DNA of 64,000 bases, taken from assembly GCF_009914755.1 (NCBI RefSeq), contig NC_060925.1; one strand, given 5' to 3'. Every line of letters starts with the position of its first letter. Position 1 is the stretch's first letter. A program made the translations under genes and the position numbers. The stretch is from the human T2T-CHM13v2.0 reference genome, Homo sapiens. A model generated the notes under the pieces. That model searched no databases and was not told where the DNA came from. It saw nothing but the letters and a program-made list of their open reading frames with translations. Shown here piece after piece: positions 46,444 to 61,734 of the stretch.

Positions 46444-46457
46444 AATCATCTATCTAT
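46381..46457. repeat. Compound (CTAT/ATAG)n tetranucleotide microsatellite
   Basis: atctatctgtctatctatctac(ctat)n...atcaatcatctatctat. Confidence 0.95.
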
Positions 46458-46842
46458 GCCTGTGGACATCCAGTTGTTCAGCTAGACTGTGAACTCTTGA
46501 GGCTGTGTCTCCTGATTTTTATATCCTTGTAATGGTATAATGCTCTCCACATAACAGATACGTGTCAAATATTTGTAAACTGAATGACTTATTTTCAGTT
46601 TATGTTTCAATCATGCCTCCCATCACCTCCACTCAATTACCTGTGAGTAGCTCTTTGTTTCTATAGTATTAAATCTAAATCCTTACACCTATTTTTAAAT
46701 TCCAGTTATAAATATAGAATATTGTCTAACCCTCATAATAAATCAGCCCCCATTTTCAATAGTTCTAGATGTCATGGATACTTTTGAAGTGTTGCTTTCA
46801 ATGGCATTTCTGAAGTACTGACTTTTAAATTATATATTTTAG

Positions 46843-47009
46843 CCACAATTACTCCTCTTTGCCAAGATCCCCAGCTGTCTATCTTCATTGATTTGGTTTC
46901 AATAATGGATTTACCTAATAAGACAGGAAGCATAATACATTATAAAGAGCAGACCAGATGGCCAGATTGTCACATCCTTTTTGAAACAGATCCTGCCTAC
47001 CAAAATATA
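46843..47009 (+). CDS. DNAH14: Coding exon G (T-TITPLCQDPQLSIFIDLVSIMDLPNKTGSIIHYKEQTRWPDCHILFETDPAYQNI), 167 nt, phase 1/0
   Basis: tattttag acceptor ending 46842; donor ATA|gtaagt at 47010; open frame. Confidence 0.87.
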
Positions 47010-47414
47010 GTAAGTTTTAAAACAGTTCATTTTAGGAAATGTTTAAGGAGCAGAAACCCACTGAATTCTTAAATGAAATGAATTTATTGAAAAATTAGGG
47101 TATCCTATTCATAGCAATTGAAAAATCATTTCCAGCTTATCTCCCCATTTGTTTTTCCCATGATCTGTCATCGCTGCTCACCTCTGTGTGATTTTTCCAA
47201 CTTCTGTGAAAATAAGTTTTCTCTTTTATGGCTACCTCATAACGTAGGCTCGTCAGTTGTTGACTTGCCATACCTCAACTCTTTCCATTAGCATCAACTG
47301 GGTATTTTTGTCCAAATTTACAAGAGAATCTAATTGGCTTAGATTGATTTAGGATTCTACCCTATCTAAATAGTTATGTCTTTGGTGAATTGGGTGAGGT
47401 CACATACTATATAC

Positions 47415-47751
47415 CAGTGGCCCTTAACCCTTTTGGCACCAGGGACTGGTTTTGTGGAATACAGTTTGTCCATGGACAGCAGCTGAGGGGTGGTTTCTAG
47501 ATGAAACTGTTCCACCTCAGTTCATCAGGCATTAGTTAGATTGTGATAAGGGATGCACAACCTAGATCCCTCACATGTGCAGTTCACAATAGGGTTCAAG
47601 CTCCTATGAGAATCTAATGCCACTTCTGATCTTGCAGGAGTGGAGCTGAGGCAGTAATGCTTGCTCACCCACCACTCACCGCCTGCTGTGTGGCATAGTT
47701 CCTAACAGGCCGTGGACTGGCACTGCTCTCTGGCCTGGGGGTTGAGGACTG
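47415..47751. mobile_element. MER1B-like hAT-Charlie element
   Basis: aacccttttggcaccagggactggttttgtggaa...gatgaaactgttccacctcag...ggcctgggggttgaggac. Confidence 0.82.
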
Positions 47752-48083
47752 GCCTTTTCTAGGGCTAAGCGTAGTATACTCTAAAACAGGGTAATAAGCA
47801 AGGGGATAAATGATTGGTGTTTCCAGTACATGGCTCAAAATAACATGTTAATTATAAAGTTAAATAGCCTAATAAGCCTTTAGGTAAAAGCCAAATATTA
47901 GAAAGCCATCTAAATTTCTTAAAGTCTTGTGTTTCCAACATATTTCGATTTTTAATAGAGGTTCTTAAAATAAACTCCACATAGCACTATTATTTTATTT
48001 TGTCAGAAACTATTAGCATGCCAAACCATTTTTCACTCTTAAAATAAAAATTCTGACTAACATCTCAACATTCTTCTTTACAG

Positions 48084-48428
48084 ATTGTGAATCTCCTGAC
48101 TATTATTGGTAATTCAATGGGCCTAGTTAATGCTTACAGCCACAAGTTTATAAAGTATTGTACCATGACAGAAAAGGCCAAAATCATGAGTATGAAAATA
48201 TCATCTATGGGAGAATTAACTTCAAAAGAATTTGAAGCTATTCTAAATAGATTCAGAAACTATTTTAGACATATTGTGAATATGGCCATTGAGAAGCGTA
48301 TTGGTATTTTCAACGTTGTAAGTCTTGATTATCAATCAGAATGCTTACTGTATATTGACAACGTCATACATATGAGCCACACCCTCATACAATCTGTAAT
48401 TGAAAAAAAGAACAAAAATTTATTGGAA
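48084..48428 (+). CDS. DNAH14: Coding exon H (IVNLLTIIGNSMGLVNAYSHKF...IQSVIEKKNKNLLE), 345 nt, phase 0/0
   Basis: ttcttctttacag acceptor ending 48083; donor GAA|gtaagt at 48429; 115 open codons (ORF 48087..48458 of the track). Confidence 0.9.
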
Positions 48429-51400
48429 GTAAGTATTTTGAAAATTCTTATTGTGTAAGAATGTTTCAGATTAGTAAATTTTAAATTTAAAATATGTACT
48501 TAGAGAATATATGATATCATGTCACATGCAGAGTATGATAAAGGTGAAAAAATGAAGATATACATAAATATTATACTCAGAAAATTTTAATGTGTATTAC
48601 ATTTGTTTGTATCTTTGATAAAATATCACTTCCTCAGAAAACCTTCTCTGATCACATCTATTGCATTCCCTATCACTTCCCTGCTTCTTTCCCTGTTTTA
48701 TCTTTATGACATATATTACTACTGGACATTATGTTATTTATTTGTTTGTTTGTTGATCATCTATTCCATTAGAATGTAAGCTTCATCAAGCTATGGAGTA
48801 TCTAAGATAAATCTTTGAATACAGATGAATATTGGAGTTTCACTGTATATTAGGGCTGACCTCTTTAAGCAAGTATTCTGGGTGGGCAGATCTCCTCTGG
48901 GACCACAGTGGTTTGGAGACTCTATGGAGATTCCCAAGCTGAGAAAGTATGAAGATCTGGGAGCAAGATAACCTGCCCCTTCATTAGTTATTTCTACCTA
49001 TCATCTATATAAGTTTCTAGGACAGCTTAGATCCTAATAGACCAGCCATTGTCCACACAAGCACCCTCAGTTGTACCTCAGACCTGTTTAAGGGTACGAA
49101 CTTATAATAATACCTACTATTTGTTCATTTATTAAATCAGACCACAAATATTTGGTGAGCATTGATTATATGCCAGGCATTGTACTAGGCCCCTGGAATA
49201 TAACCATGAGAGGGATAGATTCAATAGAGTCTAATCTAGAAGAAAATGCTAGCTGAAATACCTAACATAACCCAGGTGAACAATCACAGACAATTTGCTA
49301 GAAAAAGTAGTACCATCTAAAGGAGGAGTGGGAGTTGCATAGCCAATGGGGGATGGCGTGGAAACACTGGAAAGAAAGGTTAGAATATTGCAGGAGTAGG
49401 TTGATTTAACTTAGATTCAGTTGCGTACGACAGAAAGCAAAAGGTAACAGTGGCTTACACAAGTTTGAAACTAATTTTTCTCTCAGGTAAAATTAGTGGA
49501 GAAAGAGACAACATAGGGCTAGTATGGTTGGCTTCACGAAGCCATCAGGGACATAGGATGCTTCTAGCTAACCACTCTGCCTTCCCTGGAGCATGATGCT
49601 CATGCACTGGTTATCATATCCTCATTCCAGGCAGCAGGATGGAAGAAGGCAGCAAAGAAAATCTCTGAATTCCACTTTTAAGGATATTTCCCAGGGGTAC
49701 CCCCACACTTTTGCTTTTATTTTATTTACTAGAACTCAGTTATGTGCCCTCACCTAGCTGCAAGACTGACTGAGAACAGTAGTCTTTTAACTGGGAGCAT
49801 GGTACCCCACACAAATTCAGGATTTGTTACTAAAGTGGTGAAGGAAAATGAAGTTTGGGGTAGGCATCAAGCAGAAACTGACATCACGAAATGGGGACAG
49901 CAAGGGAAAGGTCAAAAGAGAACAAGGCATACCTGAAGAAGACCTGAATGAATCCAATTAGGTGGGAATATAGTCTGTGAAAAGGCACTGGCAAGAGGTG
50001 AAGCTAAGAAATGGAGAAAAGGGCCTAGTAAGCCATGTCAGGGACTTGGAACATTATTCTTAAGACTATAGGAATTATTGCAAGGTTTTAAGCAGAGAAG
50101 TGACTGATGTAATTTGCATTTTTGTGTGGACCCTCTGGCTGCAGTGTGAAGAATAGATTGAAGTCGGGTAAAACAGGAGGAAAGCTGTTTCCATCATCTA
50201 GGGGAGAGGTGATGATAATCTGATTCAGTGTAGTAACAATGAGAACTCTGAGCAATATATAGATATGAGATACATCTAGGACATGAATCAACAGGATATG
50301 GCATTGACTGAATGTAAGGTATAAGATAAAGTTAATTATGTTTTCAGGTTTTGGGTTGGGCAACAGGGTGGGCAGCAATGCAAATTATTGGGAGGAGGAA
50401 CATAGTACTTGTTAAATTGCATAATAATATTCAAGTACGGATAACCAGATATACATGTCTGGGTATCAAGAAAGTGTCTACACTGGAAATATATATATTT
50501 AAATGATCAGAAACAAGTGGTTGTTGAAATCAACAGAGTGAATGACAATGCCTTGTTTATGTGTGTAGTGAGACTAGAAGAGAACCTACAATAGAAGCCT
50601 AAAGAACCAGGAAATTACAGTTGTTGGGTTCCCAGTGGAGAATCACTGAGAATCTGTGAGTGCTCCCCATGAGACAGAGTCAGCTCTAAACATCTGCCCA
50701 GCTCAGAGACGTTAATGCCGGGTCAGACAGTGGCAGGCAGTAAAGACATTTTCTGCCTCCTCTCTCCTTCTGTCTCCTACTATACCCCTGGAGGGGTCAG
50801 AAGGTGTGGGTAGGAACTGGAAGTAATTGAATAAATAAAAGGCGTAGAAATATAAAAGCAGCTAATTACATACCCACCTTCTCTACCACAGACATTAATT
50901 TTAAATAAATTTTGGAGGCTTGACTGTTATTAATACATGGGGACTTGATATTTAAATTATGGATTTTTAAAATTAAAAGTGACCAGAGGACTTTTATTAT
51001 CTGTGACCAGAAAAGTCTTGGGTATTGATGTATATTTTATCCAAATGTCCGTTCTTCATTTAAACCCCAAAAAGTGGGAGGAAAAATTAAGTTATTTCAT
51101 TATAATACTGTCTATAAAGTTCTACTCTTTCAAATTAATGGTTTTAGTATATTATATATTTCCTCTATATCCTTATTTATTTTTGGTGTATCAGACATAC
51201 ATAAATCCTGAAAACCTGTTTAAAACTTCTCATTATAATTATGCTTTAAATGAATTTCTTCTTGCATTTCTGGTGGTTTTTCCTACATATAGTTAGCTTC
51301 TATACAGTATGGTTTCTGACTGTTAAATCATCTTCACAAAGCATGTCATTTATCAAAACATTATAGGAATCTTTAAAGTACTTTTAATTTGCCTGATAAA

Positions 51401-52027
51401 AACTACTTCTGTTTCTTTTGTGTATGTATATTTGCCAAGTTAATTTTTGCCCGTTGCTTTATTTTTTATATTCTCCTTAAGTGTGCTTCTTATAAATAGC
51501 ATAATTCTGAATTTTGTTTTATAACTCAGTTAATAATTATCTTTTAAAAAGAGAAATCAATCTGTTAGCTTATAACATTTAATGCACTTTTTTTCCATTT
51601 CACCTTATATTTTACTTTTTTCTTAAAGTTTTTGTCCTTATTTTTGCTGTATTGATCAGTTGATCTTAAGTGACCTCCCTCTTTTTTTTTTACTGTGTTC
51701 ATTTTGGGAGTTTTATTCTACTTTTAAATTTCTTTGATGATAATCTTCCCTCTCCTGATTCTCATAATAAAATGTATTTATCTGCTATTAAGAGGAAACA
51801 AAATGTTTATCCTCTAAGATGCCGTATTTCTACATAGCATTTCCTCATGCCAATAAAATGAGATCTCAAGAATGGTGTCGTTTTCTAATTCTCCCCTTCT
51901 TCAAAAATGAGATGTTGGAACAAACTAACTCCCACTCCCTTACCCAACAGTTAGTGTTCACTGAGATAGCTTAGTACTTTCAGTTCTAGACTATTACTGA
52001 AATAGAAGTATGTCTTTTCTTTATTTG

Positions 52028-52157
52028 CAGTGATGGGGGCTATAGTGCAGTGGCAATCATAGTTTACTGTAACCTCAAACTCAAGTGATCCTCCCACCTG
52101 AGCCTCCAGAATAGCTGGGACTACAGGCATGTACAACCATAGCTAAATTATTTTTTT
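52028..52157 (-). mobile_element. AluJ right arm, separated from its left arm by the L1 insertion
   Basis: agtgcagtggcaatcatag...gctgggactacaggc...agctaaatt ends at the Alu linker, where the L1 tail begins. Confidence 0.75.
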
Positions 52158-52985
52158 ATTTTTATTTATTTATTTATTTTTATTATACTTTAAATTTTAG
52201 GGTACATGTGCACAACGTGCAGGTTAGTTACATATGTATACATGTGCCATGTTGGTGTGCTGCACCCATTAACTCGTCATTTAATATTAGGTATATCTCC
52301 TAATGCTATCCCTCCCCCCTCCCCCACCACACAATAGGCCCTGGTGTGTGATGTTCCCCTTCCTGTTTCCATGTGTTCTCGTTGTTCAGTTCCCACCTAT
52401 GAGTGAGAACATGTGGTGTTTGGTTTTTTGTCCTTGCGATAGTTTGCTGAGAATGATGGTTTCCAGCTTCATCCATGTCCCCACAAAGGACATGAACTCA
52501 TCATTTTTTATGGCTGCATAGTATTCCATGGTATATATGTGCCACATTTTCTTAATCCAGTCTATCATTGTTGGATATTTGGCTTAGTTCCAAGTCTTTG
52601 CTATTGTGAATAGTGCTGCAATAAATATACATGTGCATGTGTCTTTATAGCAGCATGATTTATAATCCTTTGGGTATATACCCAGTAATGGGATGCCTGG
52701 GTCAAACGGTATTTCTAGTTCTAGATCCCTGAGGAATCACCACACTCACTTCCACAATGGTTGAACTACTTTACAGCCCCACCAACAGTGTAAAAGTGCT
52801 CCTATTTCTCCACATCCTCTCCAGCACCTGTTGTTTCCTGACTTTTTAATGATTGCCATTCTAACTGGTGTGAGATGGTTTCTCATTGTGGTTTAGATTT
52901 GCATTTCTCTGAAGGCCAGTGATGATGAGCATTTTTTCATGTCTTTTGGCTGCATAAATGTCTTCTTTTGAGAAGTGTCTGTTCA

Positions 52986-53744
<759 letters not shown>

Positions 53745-53948
53745 TTACCTTGGGCAGTATGCCCATTTGCACGATATTGATTCTTCCTACCCATGAGCAT
53801 GGAATGTTCTTCCATTTGTTTGTATCCTCTTTTATTTCATTGAGCAGTGGTTTGTAGTTCTCCTTGAAGAGGTCCTTCACATCCCTTGTAAGTTGGATTC
53901 CTAGGTATTTTATTCTCCTTGCAGCAATTGTGAATGGAAGTTCACTCA

Positions 53949-54134
<186 letters not shown>

Positions 54135-54137
54135 TCA

Positions 54138-54554
<417 letters not shown>

Positions 54555-54557
54555 TCA

Positions 54558-55179
<622 letters not shown>

Positions 55180-55182
55180 CTA

Positions 55183-55665
<483 letters not shown>

Positions 55666-57359
55666 CTATTAGGTCCGCTTGGTGCAGAGCTGAGTTCAAT
55701 TGCTGGATATCCTTGTTAACTTTCTGTCTTGTTGATGTGTCTAATGTTGACAGTGGGGTGTTAAAGTCTCCCATTATTATTGTGTGGGAGTCTAAGTCTC
55801 TTTGTAGGTCTCCAAGGACTTGCTTTATGAATCTGGGTGCTCCTGTATTGGCTGCATAGATATTTAGGATACTTAGCTCTTCTTGTTGAATTGATCCCTT
55901 TACCATTATGTAATGGCCTTCTTTGTCTCTTTTGATCTTTGTTGGTTTAACATCTATTTTATCCGATACTAGGATTGCAACTCCTGCCTTTTTTTGTTTT
56001 CCATTTGCTTGGTAGATCTTCCTCCATCCCTTTATTTTGAGCCTATGTGTGTCTCTGCACATGAGATGGGTTTCCTGAATACAGCACACTGATGGGTCTT
56101 GACTCTTTATCCAGTTTGCCAGTGTGTGTCTTTTAATTGGAGCATTTAGCCCATTTACATTTCAGGTTAATATCGTTATGTGTGAATTCGATCCTGTTAT
56201 TATGATGTTAGCTGGTTATTTTGCTCTTTAGTTGATGCAGTTTCTTCCTAGCCTCGATGGTCTTTACAATTTGGCATGTTTTTGCAGTGGCTGGTACCAG
56301 TTGTTCCTTTCCATGTTTAGTGCTTCCTTCAGGAGCTCTTTTAGGGCAGGCCTGGTGGTGACAAAATCTCTCAGCATTTGCTTGTCTGTAAAGGATTTTA
56401 TTTCTCCTTCACTTATGGAGCTTAGTTTGGCTGGATATGAAATTCTAGGTTGAAAATTCTTTTCTTTAAGAATGTTGAATATTGGCCCCCACTCTCTTCT
56501 GACTTGCAGAGTTTCTGCCGAGAGACCAGCTGTTAGTGTGATGGGCTTCCCTTTGTGGGTAACCCGACCTTTCTCTCTGGCTGCCCTTAACATTTTTTCC
56601 TTCATTTCAACTTTGGTGAATCTGACAATTATGTGTCTTGGAGTTGCTCTTCTCAAGGAGTATCTTTGTGGCGTTCTCTGTATTTGCTGAAGTTGAATGT
56701 TGGCCTGCCTTGCTAGATTGGGAAGTTCTCCTGGATAATATCCTGCAGAGTGTTTTCCGACTTGGTTCCATTCTCCCTGTTACCAATCAGATGTAGATTT
56801 GGTCTTTTCACATAGTCCCATATTTCTTGGAGGCTTTGTTCATTTCTTTTTATTTTTTTTTCTCTAAACTTCTCTTCTCACTTCATTGCATTCATTTGAT
56901 CTTCCATCACTGATACCCTTTCTTCCAGTTGATCGAATCAACTACTGAGGCTTGTGCATTCGTCACATAGTTCTCATGCCTTGGTTTTCAGCTCCATCAT
57001 GTCCTTTAAGAACTTCTCTGCATTGGTTATTCTAGTTAGCCATTTGTCTAATTTTTTTTCAAGGTTTTTAACTTCTTTGCCATTGGTTCGACCTTCCTCC
57101 TTTAGCTCAGAGTAGTTTGATCGTCTGAAGCCTTTTTCTCTCAACTCGTCAAAGTCATTCTCCATCCAGCTTTGTTCGGTTGCTGGTGAGGAGCTGCGTT
57201 CCTTTGGAGGAGGCAAGGCACTCTGATTTTTAGAGTTTCCAGTTTTTCTGCTCTGTTTTTTCCCTATCTTTGTGGTTTTATCTACCTTTGGTCTTTGATG
57301 ATGGTGACGTACAGATGGGGTTTTGGTGTGGATGTCCTTTCTGTTTGTTAGTTTTCCTT

Positions 57360-58287
57360 CCAACAGTCAGGACCCTCAGGTGCAGGTCTGTTGGAGTTTG
57401 CTGGAGGTCCACTCCAGACCCTGTTTGCCTGGGTATCAGCGGCAGAGGCCACAGAACAGCGGATATTGGTGAACAGCAAATGTTGCTGCCTGATCGTTCC
57501 TCTGGAAGTTTTGTCTCAGAGGAGTACCCGGCCGTGTGAGGTGTCAGTCTGCCCCTACTGGGGCTGCCTCCCAGTTAGGCTACTCGGGGGTCAGGGAACT
57601 GCTTGAGGAGGCAGTCTGTCCCTTCTCAGATCTCCAGCTGCATGCTAGGAGAACCACTACTCTCTTCAAAGCTGTCAGACAGGGACATTTAAGTCTGCAG
57701 AGGATTCTGCTGCCTTTTGTTTTGGCTATGCCCTGCCCCCAGAGGTGGAGTCTACAGAGGCAGGCAGCCCTCCTTGAGCTGTGGTGGGCCCCACCCAGTT
57801 CGAGCTTCCCAGCTGCTTTGTTTACCTACTCAAGCCTCGGCAATGGCAGGCGCCCCTCCCCTAGCCTCACTGCTGCCTTGCAGTTTGGTCTCAGACTGCT
57901 GTGCTAGCAATGAGCGTGGCTCCGTGGGCGTAGGACCCTCTGAGCCAGGCGCTGGATACAATCTCCTGGTGTGCCATTTGCTAAGTCCATTGGAAAAGCA
58001 CAGTATTAGGGTGGGAGTGACCCAATTTTCCAGGTGCCGTGTGTCACCCCTTTCTTTGACTAGGAAAAGGAATTCCCTGACCCCTTGCGCTTCCTGGGTG
58101 AGGCAGTGCCTCACTCTGCTTTGGCTCATGCTCGGTGCGCAGCACCCACTGTCCTGCACCCACTGCTGACACTGCCCAGTGAGATGAACCCAGTACCTCA
58201 GTTGGAAATGCAGAAATCACCCATCTTCTGCGTCGCTCATGCTGGGAGCTGTAGACTGGAGCTGTTCCTATACGGCCATCTTGGATC
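57360..58287. promoter_or_regulatory. L1 5'UTR bidirectional promoter region; antisense promoter points in the DNAH14 sense direction
   Basis: Complete L1PA 5'UTR with YY1 motif; activity inferred from family knowledge; many CpGs decayed. Confidence 0.5.
57843..58169 (+). CDS. LINE-1 ORF0 homologue, open for 108 aa (MAGAPPLASLLPCSLVSDCCASNERGSVGVGPSEPG...); translation unproven
   Basis: ATG at 57843 in gcaATGg context within track ORF 57717..58169; peptide matches primate L1 ORF0 N-terminus as I recall it. Confidence 0.6.
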   Translation: MAGAPPLASLLPCSLVSDCCASNERGSVGVGPSEPGAGYNLLVCHLLSPLEKHSIRVGVTQFSRCRVSPLSLTRKRNSLTPCASWVRQCLTLLWLMLGAQHPLSCTHC

Positions 58288-58302
58288 CTAGATTATTTTT
58301 TT

Positions 58303-58416
58303 TTAAAGATGGGGTCTTGTTATGTTGCCCAGGCTGATCTCTAACTCCTGGCCTCAAGTGATCCTTTCAGCCTCCTGAATAGCTAGGATTATAGGCACAA
58401 GCCACCACACCTGGCT
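58303..58416 (-). mobile_element. AluJ left arm (partner of 52028-52157)
   Basis: agatggggtcttgttatgttgcccaggctg...gccaccacacctggct directly after the L1 5' TSD. Confidence 0.78.
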
Positions 58417-58647
58417 GTATATTCTATTTTGAAAGTCCTTATATAGCACTTAAATTACATACTCCCAGAAAGTTCATCTTCATCCATTTAGCTATATAGA
58501 CAGGAATGAGAATGTAATGTTTAGAACATTGATTATGATGTGAGACTGCCTATGTTCAAAATCTGTGATCTAGCCATGATGGAGAAACAAAGACTGGACT
58601 TAACCTCCTTCCATAAACAACTAAATAAAATAAAGGAAAGAAATACT

Positions 58648-58965
58648 GGCTGGGTACATTGGCTCATGCCTCTGTAATGCCAGCAATTTGGGAGGCCGAG
58701 CTTGAGCTGAAGAGTTTGAGACTAGCCTGGGCAATGTGGTGAAAACCCATCTCTACAAAAAATGCAAAAAAAATTAGTCAGGCATGGTGGTGCACACCTG
58801 TGGTCCCAGCTACTCAGGAGACTGAGGTGGGAGGATGGCTTGATCCCAGGAATTTGAGGCTGCAGTGAGTGGATTGTGCCACTGCACTCCAGCATGGTCA
58901 ACAGAATAAGACTGTATCTCAAAAAGAGAGAGAGAGAGAGAAAGAAAGAGAAATAAATAAATAAA
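58648..58965 (+). mobile_element. AluJ-type element with (GA)n/(TAAA)n tail
   Basis: Diverged dimer with a small left-arm deletion. Confidence 0.82.
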
Positions 58966-59793
58966 TACCTTCAGACACTGATTAGTGTCTGATTAACAGG
59001 TAGTACAGGATTATGATTCTTGAAATCAGGGAAACAAGTGAGAGAGAGGATTTCTGCCTGGGGATAGTTTTTGGACTGCAAATATGTACAGGGAGGGGGA
59101 ACTGGCCTCAATAAGTTGAGGATATGGCTGAAATTTTTAGGGCAGAGTCCTATAAAGAAGGAAGCTATGAAGAAAAAAAAGCCCCAGAAATCTGCCCTGG
59201 GGTCCTGTGACTCAGTAGGCAGAATGTTCATAGAGTGAAAGTTCACAAAGATGAATTGGAACCACTAATTGTAAGCAGAACAATCTTTTGAAATCACCAA
59301 GTTCTCACTGCTCAGAGTGGAGGGTCTCAACAATTATACAAGGCATTCAGTGTGGACCCCAAATGAGTAAACCTTAGCAATAGAGCTAACTATCCCTAAA
59401 GGAAAGTCCATTTTATAACTACCCTTCCAAAGATTAAAGATAGACCTCAAAGAGATCAAATTGTTCTGCATTTAATTACCTGAAAAAATGAAAGACAACA
59501 CTCTTTAAATGAAAACAGCAAAAATCAGATACGTAACATGTAACACTGACAATGCTTGGTTGTCAACCAGAAATTACTAAATATGCCCAGAAGCAGTAAA
59601 ATGTGACCTACAACTAAGAGAAAAAAAATAAATGGAAACAGAAATGACGAGATGGGGCTAACAGAAAAAGACACTAAAACAGATTATATATTTATGTAGA
59701 AGTATTTAAATGAAAACATGAACATAACAGACAAATGAAAGATATTTAAAAAAAAGCAAAATAGCAAAACTTAAAGAGATGAAAAATACAATA

Positions 59794-60114
59794 CAGTCAT
59801 CCTTTTGTATTTGTGGAGGATTTGTTTCAGGGCTCCAAGGATACCAAAATCCACAGATACTCAAGTCCCTTATGTAAATCATGTATTTGCATATAACCTA
59901 CCTATGCACATCCTCCTGTATACTTTAAATCACCTCTAGATTACTTATAATACCAAATACAATGTAAATGCTGTGTAACTAATTTTTATATGGTAGGTTT
60001 TTACTTGTATTATTTTTTATTGTTATAATTTTTTTGTTGTTTTTTAAAAACACTTTCCATTTGTGGTTGGTTGAATCTATGGATGTGAAAGCCACAGACA
60101 TGGAGGGCTGACTG
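59794..60114. mobile_element. MER2-like Tigger MITE inside an old L1M
   Basis: TA|cagtcatcc...gagggctgactg|TA; internal gataccaaaatccacagatactcaagtccctta. Confidence 0.82.
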
Positions 60115-60619
60115 TATCTTAAATGAAAACTTCACTTGATGAGATTAATTGATTAGACACTGCAGAAAAAAATCTGAACTTGAAATAATAGAAATAGAAT
60201 CAATTGCAAAGGAAGCACAGGGATGAAAGAAGACTAAGAAATCAAACAAAAACAGAGACTCAGTTGCCTGTGGGATAATACCAAGTGATCTATCGTATGT
60301 GTAATTATAGTTCTATGGGAAATGAGAAGGTGGAGAGACAAAAGTTATCTGAAAAATGATGAAATAGTTTCCAGATTTGATGAAAAGTATAAACCAATAG
60401 ATCTGAGGAGCGCTCAATGAAATCCAATGAAAACGAAAAAAGAAAACAATGCCCAAAACATGATAAAATTACTGAAAACAAGTGAAAAGGAGAAAATTGT
60501 AAATGCAGCAAGACCTCCTCCCCAAAAAAGATAAAGAATAAAAAAGAAAAAAAAAAGAAATTTCACAGACTTCTGGTGAGAAATTATGTAAACAAGAAGA
60601 CAATGGAATAACATTTTTA

Positions 60620-61545
60620 GAATGAGAAAAATCTCTTTGGATTTTGTGTATCTAACAAAGGACTTGTATCCAGCATACATAAGGAAGAACTCTTACCAGA
60701 CAAAGTACCAATAAAAATAACAAGACAACCCAGTAAAAAGTGGGCAAAGTATTTGATCAGACATTTAATAAAAGCAGATGACAGATACAACCTGTGCTAA
60801 ACATCATAGTCATCAAGGATATGTACTTTAAAACTCCAATGACAATTCACTATATAGCCATTGGAATGGCTAAAATTAAAATACTGACAATATCAGATGT
60901 TAAAAAGGTTATGGAGAAACTAGAATTTTCATACATTGCAGATGATAATGCAAAATGGTACAGTCACTTTGGAAAACTGGCAATTACTTTTAAAGTTAAA
61001 TACTCACCATTTAATCCATCAGTTCCATTCCACATTATTCACCCATTAAAAATGAAAACAAGTCCACCCAAAGACTTGCACCCAAGTGGTCAGAGAAGCT
61101 TTATTTGCAATTGCCAAAACCTGAAAACAATCCAAGTGTATATCAATAGGTGAACAGATAAGAAAAATTTGATATATTCATGTATTAGAATAGTATGCAG
61201 CATTAAAAAAAAAGAACAAGCTACTACATGCAACAACTTGGATGAATATCAAAAACATGTTGAACAAAAGAAGCCAGACACAAAGGAGTACCTACTATGT
61301 GATTCCATGTACTCATATATGAAACTTGACAAGACAAATTTAATCTATAGCAACAATAACTAGACAGATTGTTTTCTGAAGCCAGGGTTGGGAGGAGATT
61401 GGGATGGGTCACAAGGCATCTTTCTAGGACAGTGAAGTTTTCTATATTTTGTTTATGGAGGTAGTTACAAATATGTATGAGTGTGTTAAAACTCATCAAA
61501 ATAAACAATTAACATTTTTCTATATACAAATTATGTTTCAGCACA
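60620..61545 (+). mobile_element. Old L1M 3' end (older L1 ORF1-like relic upstream, ~59400-60620)
   Basis: ORF 60794..61153 is degenerate ORF2 C-terminus; aagccagacacaaaggagtac 3'UTR motif. Confidence 0.65.
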
Positions 61546-61734
61546 AATGATTTTTTTAAAAACCTAGCTGTTCTGTTTACTATTTGAAGGAAGGTATTAA
61601 TGTAGATACCCTGTCTGTACCACAGTTTCCTCAAAGGTAAATTGGGGATAATATTATTACCTTACCTAGAATGGTTGTGGAATTAAGTTAATGGTTGCAA
61701 AGCTGTTTCTTAATTTTATTTTTTGTCTTTTTGA

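Noticed and set aside
48429-48458. Track ORF tails beyond donors (VSILKILIV here; GKTIET...GTLGG at 39753-39835)
   Set aside because: Read-through into intron past strong donors; not part of the spliced frame.
48600-50650. Probable L2 and MLT1-type relics (also MIR-like bits near 22400, 38200, 61600)
   Set aside because: Too diverged to name or delimit reliably by eye.
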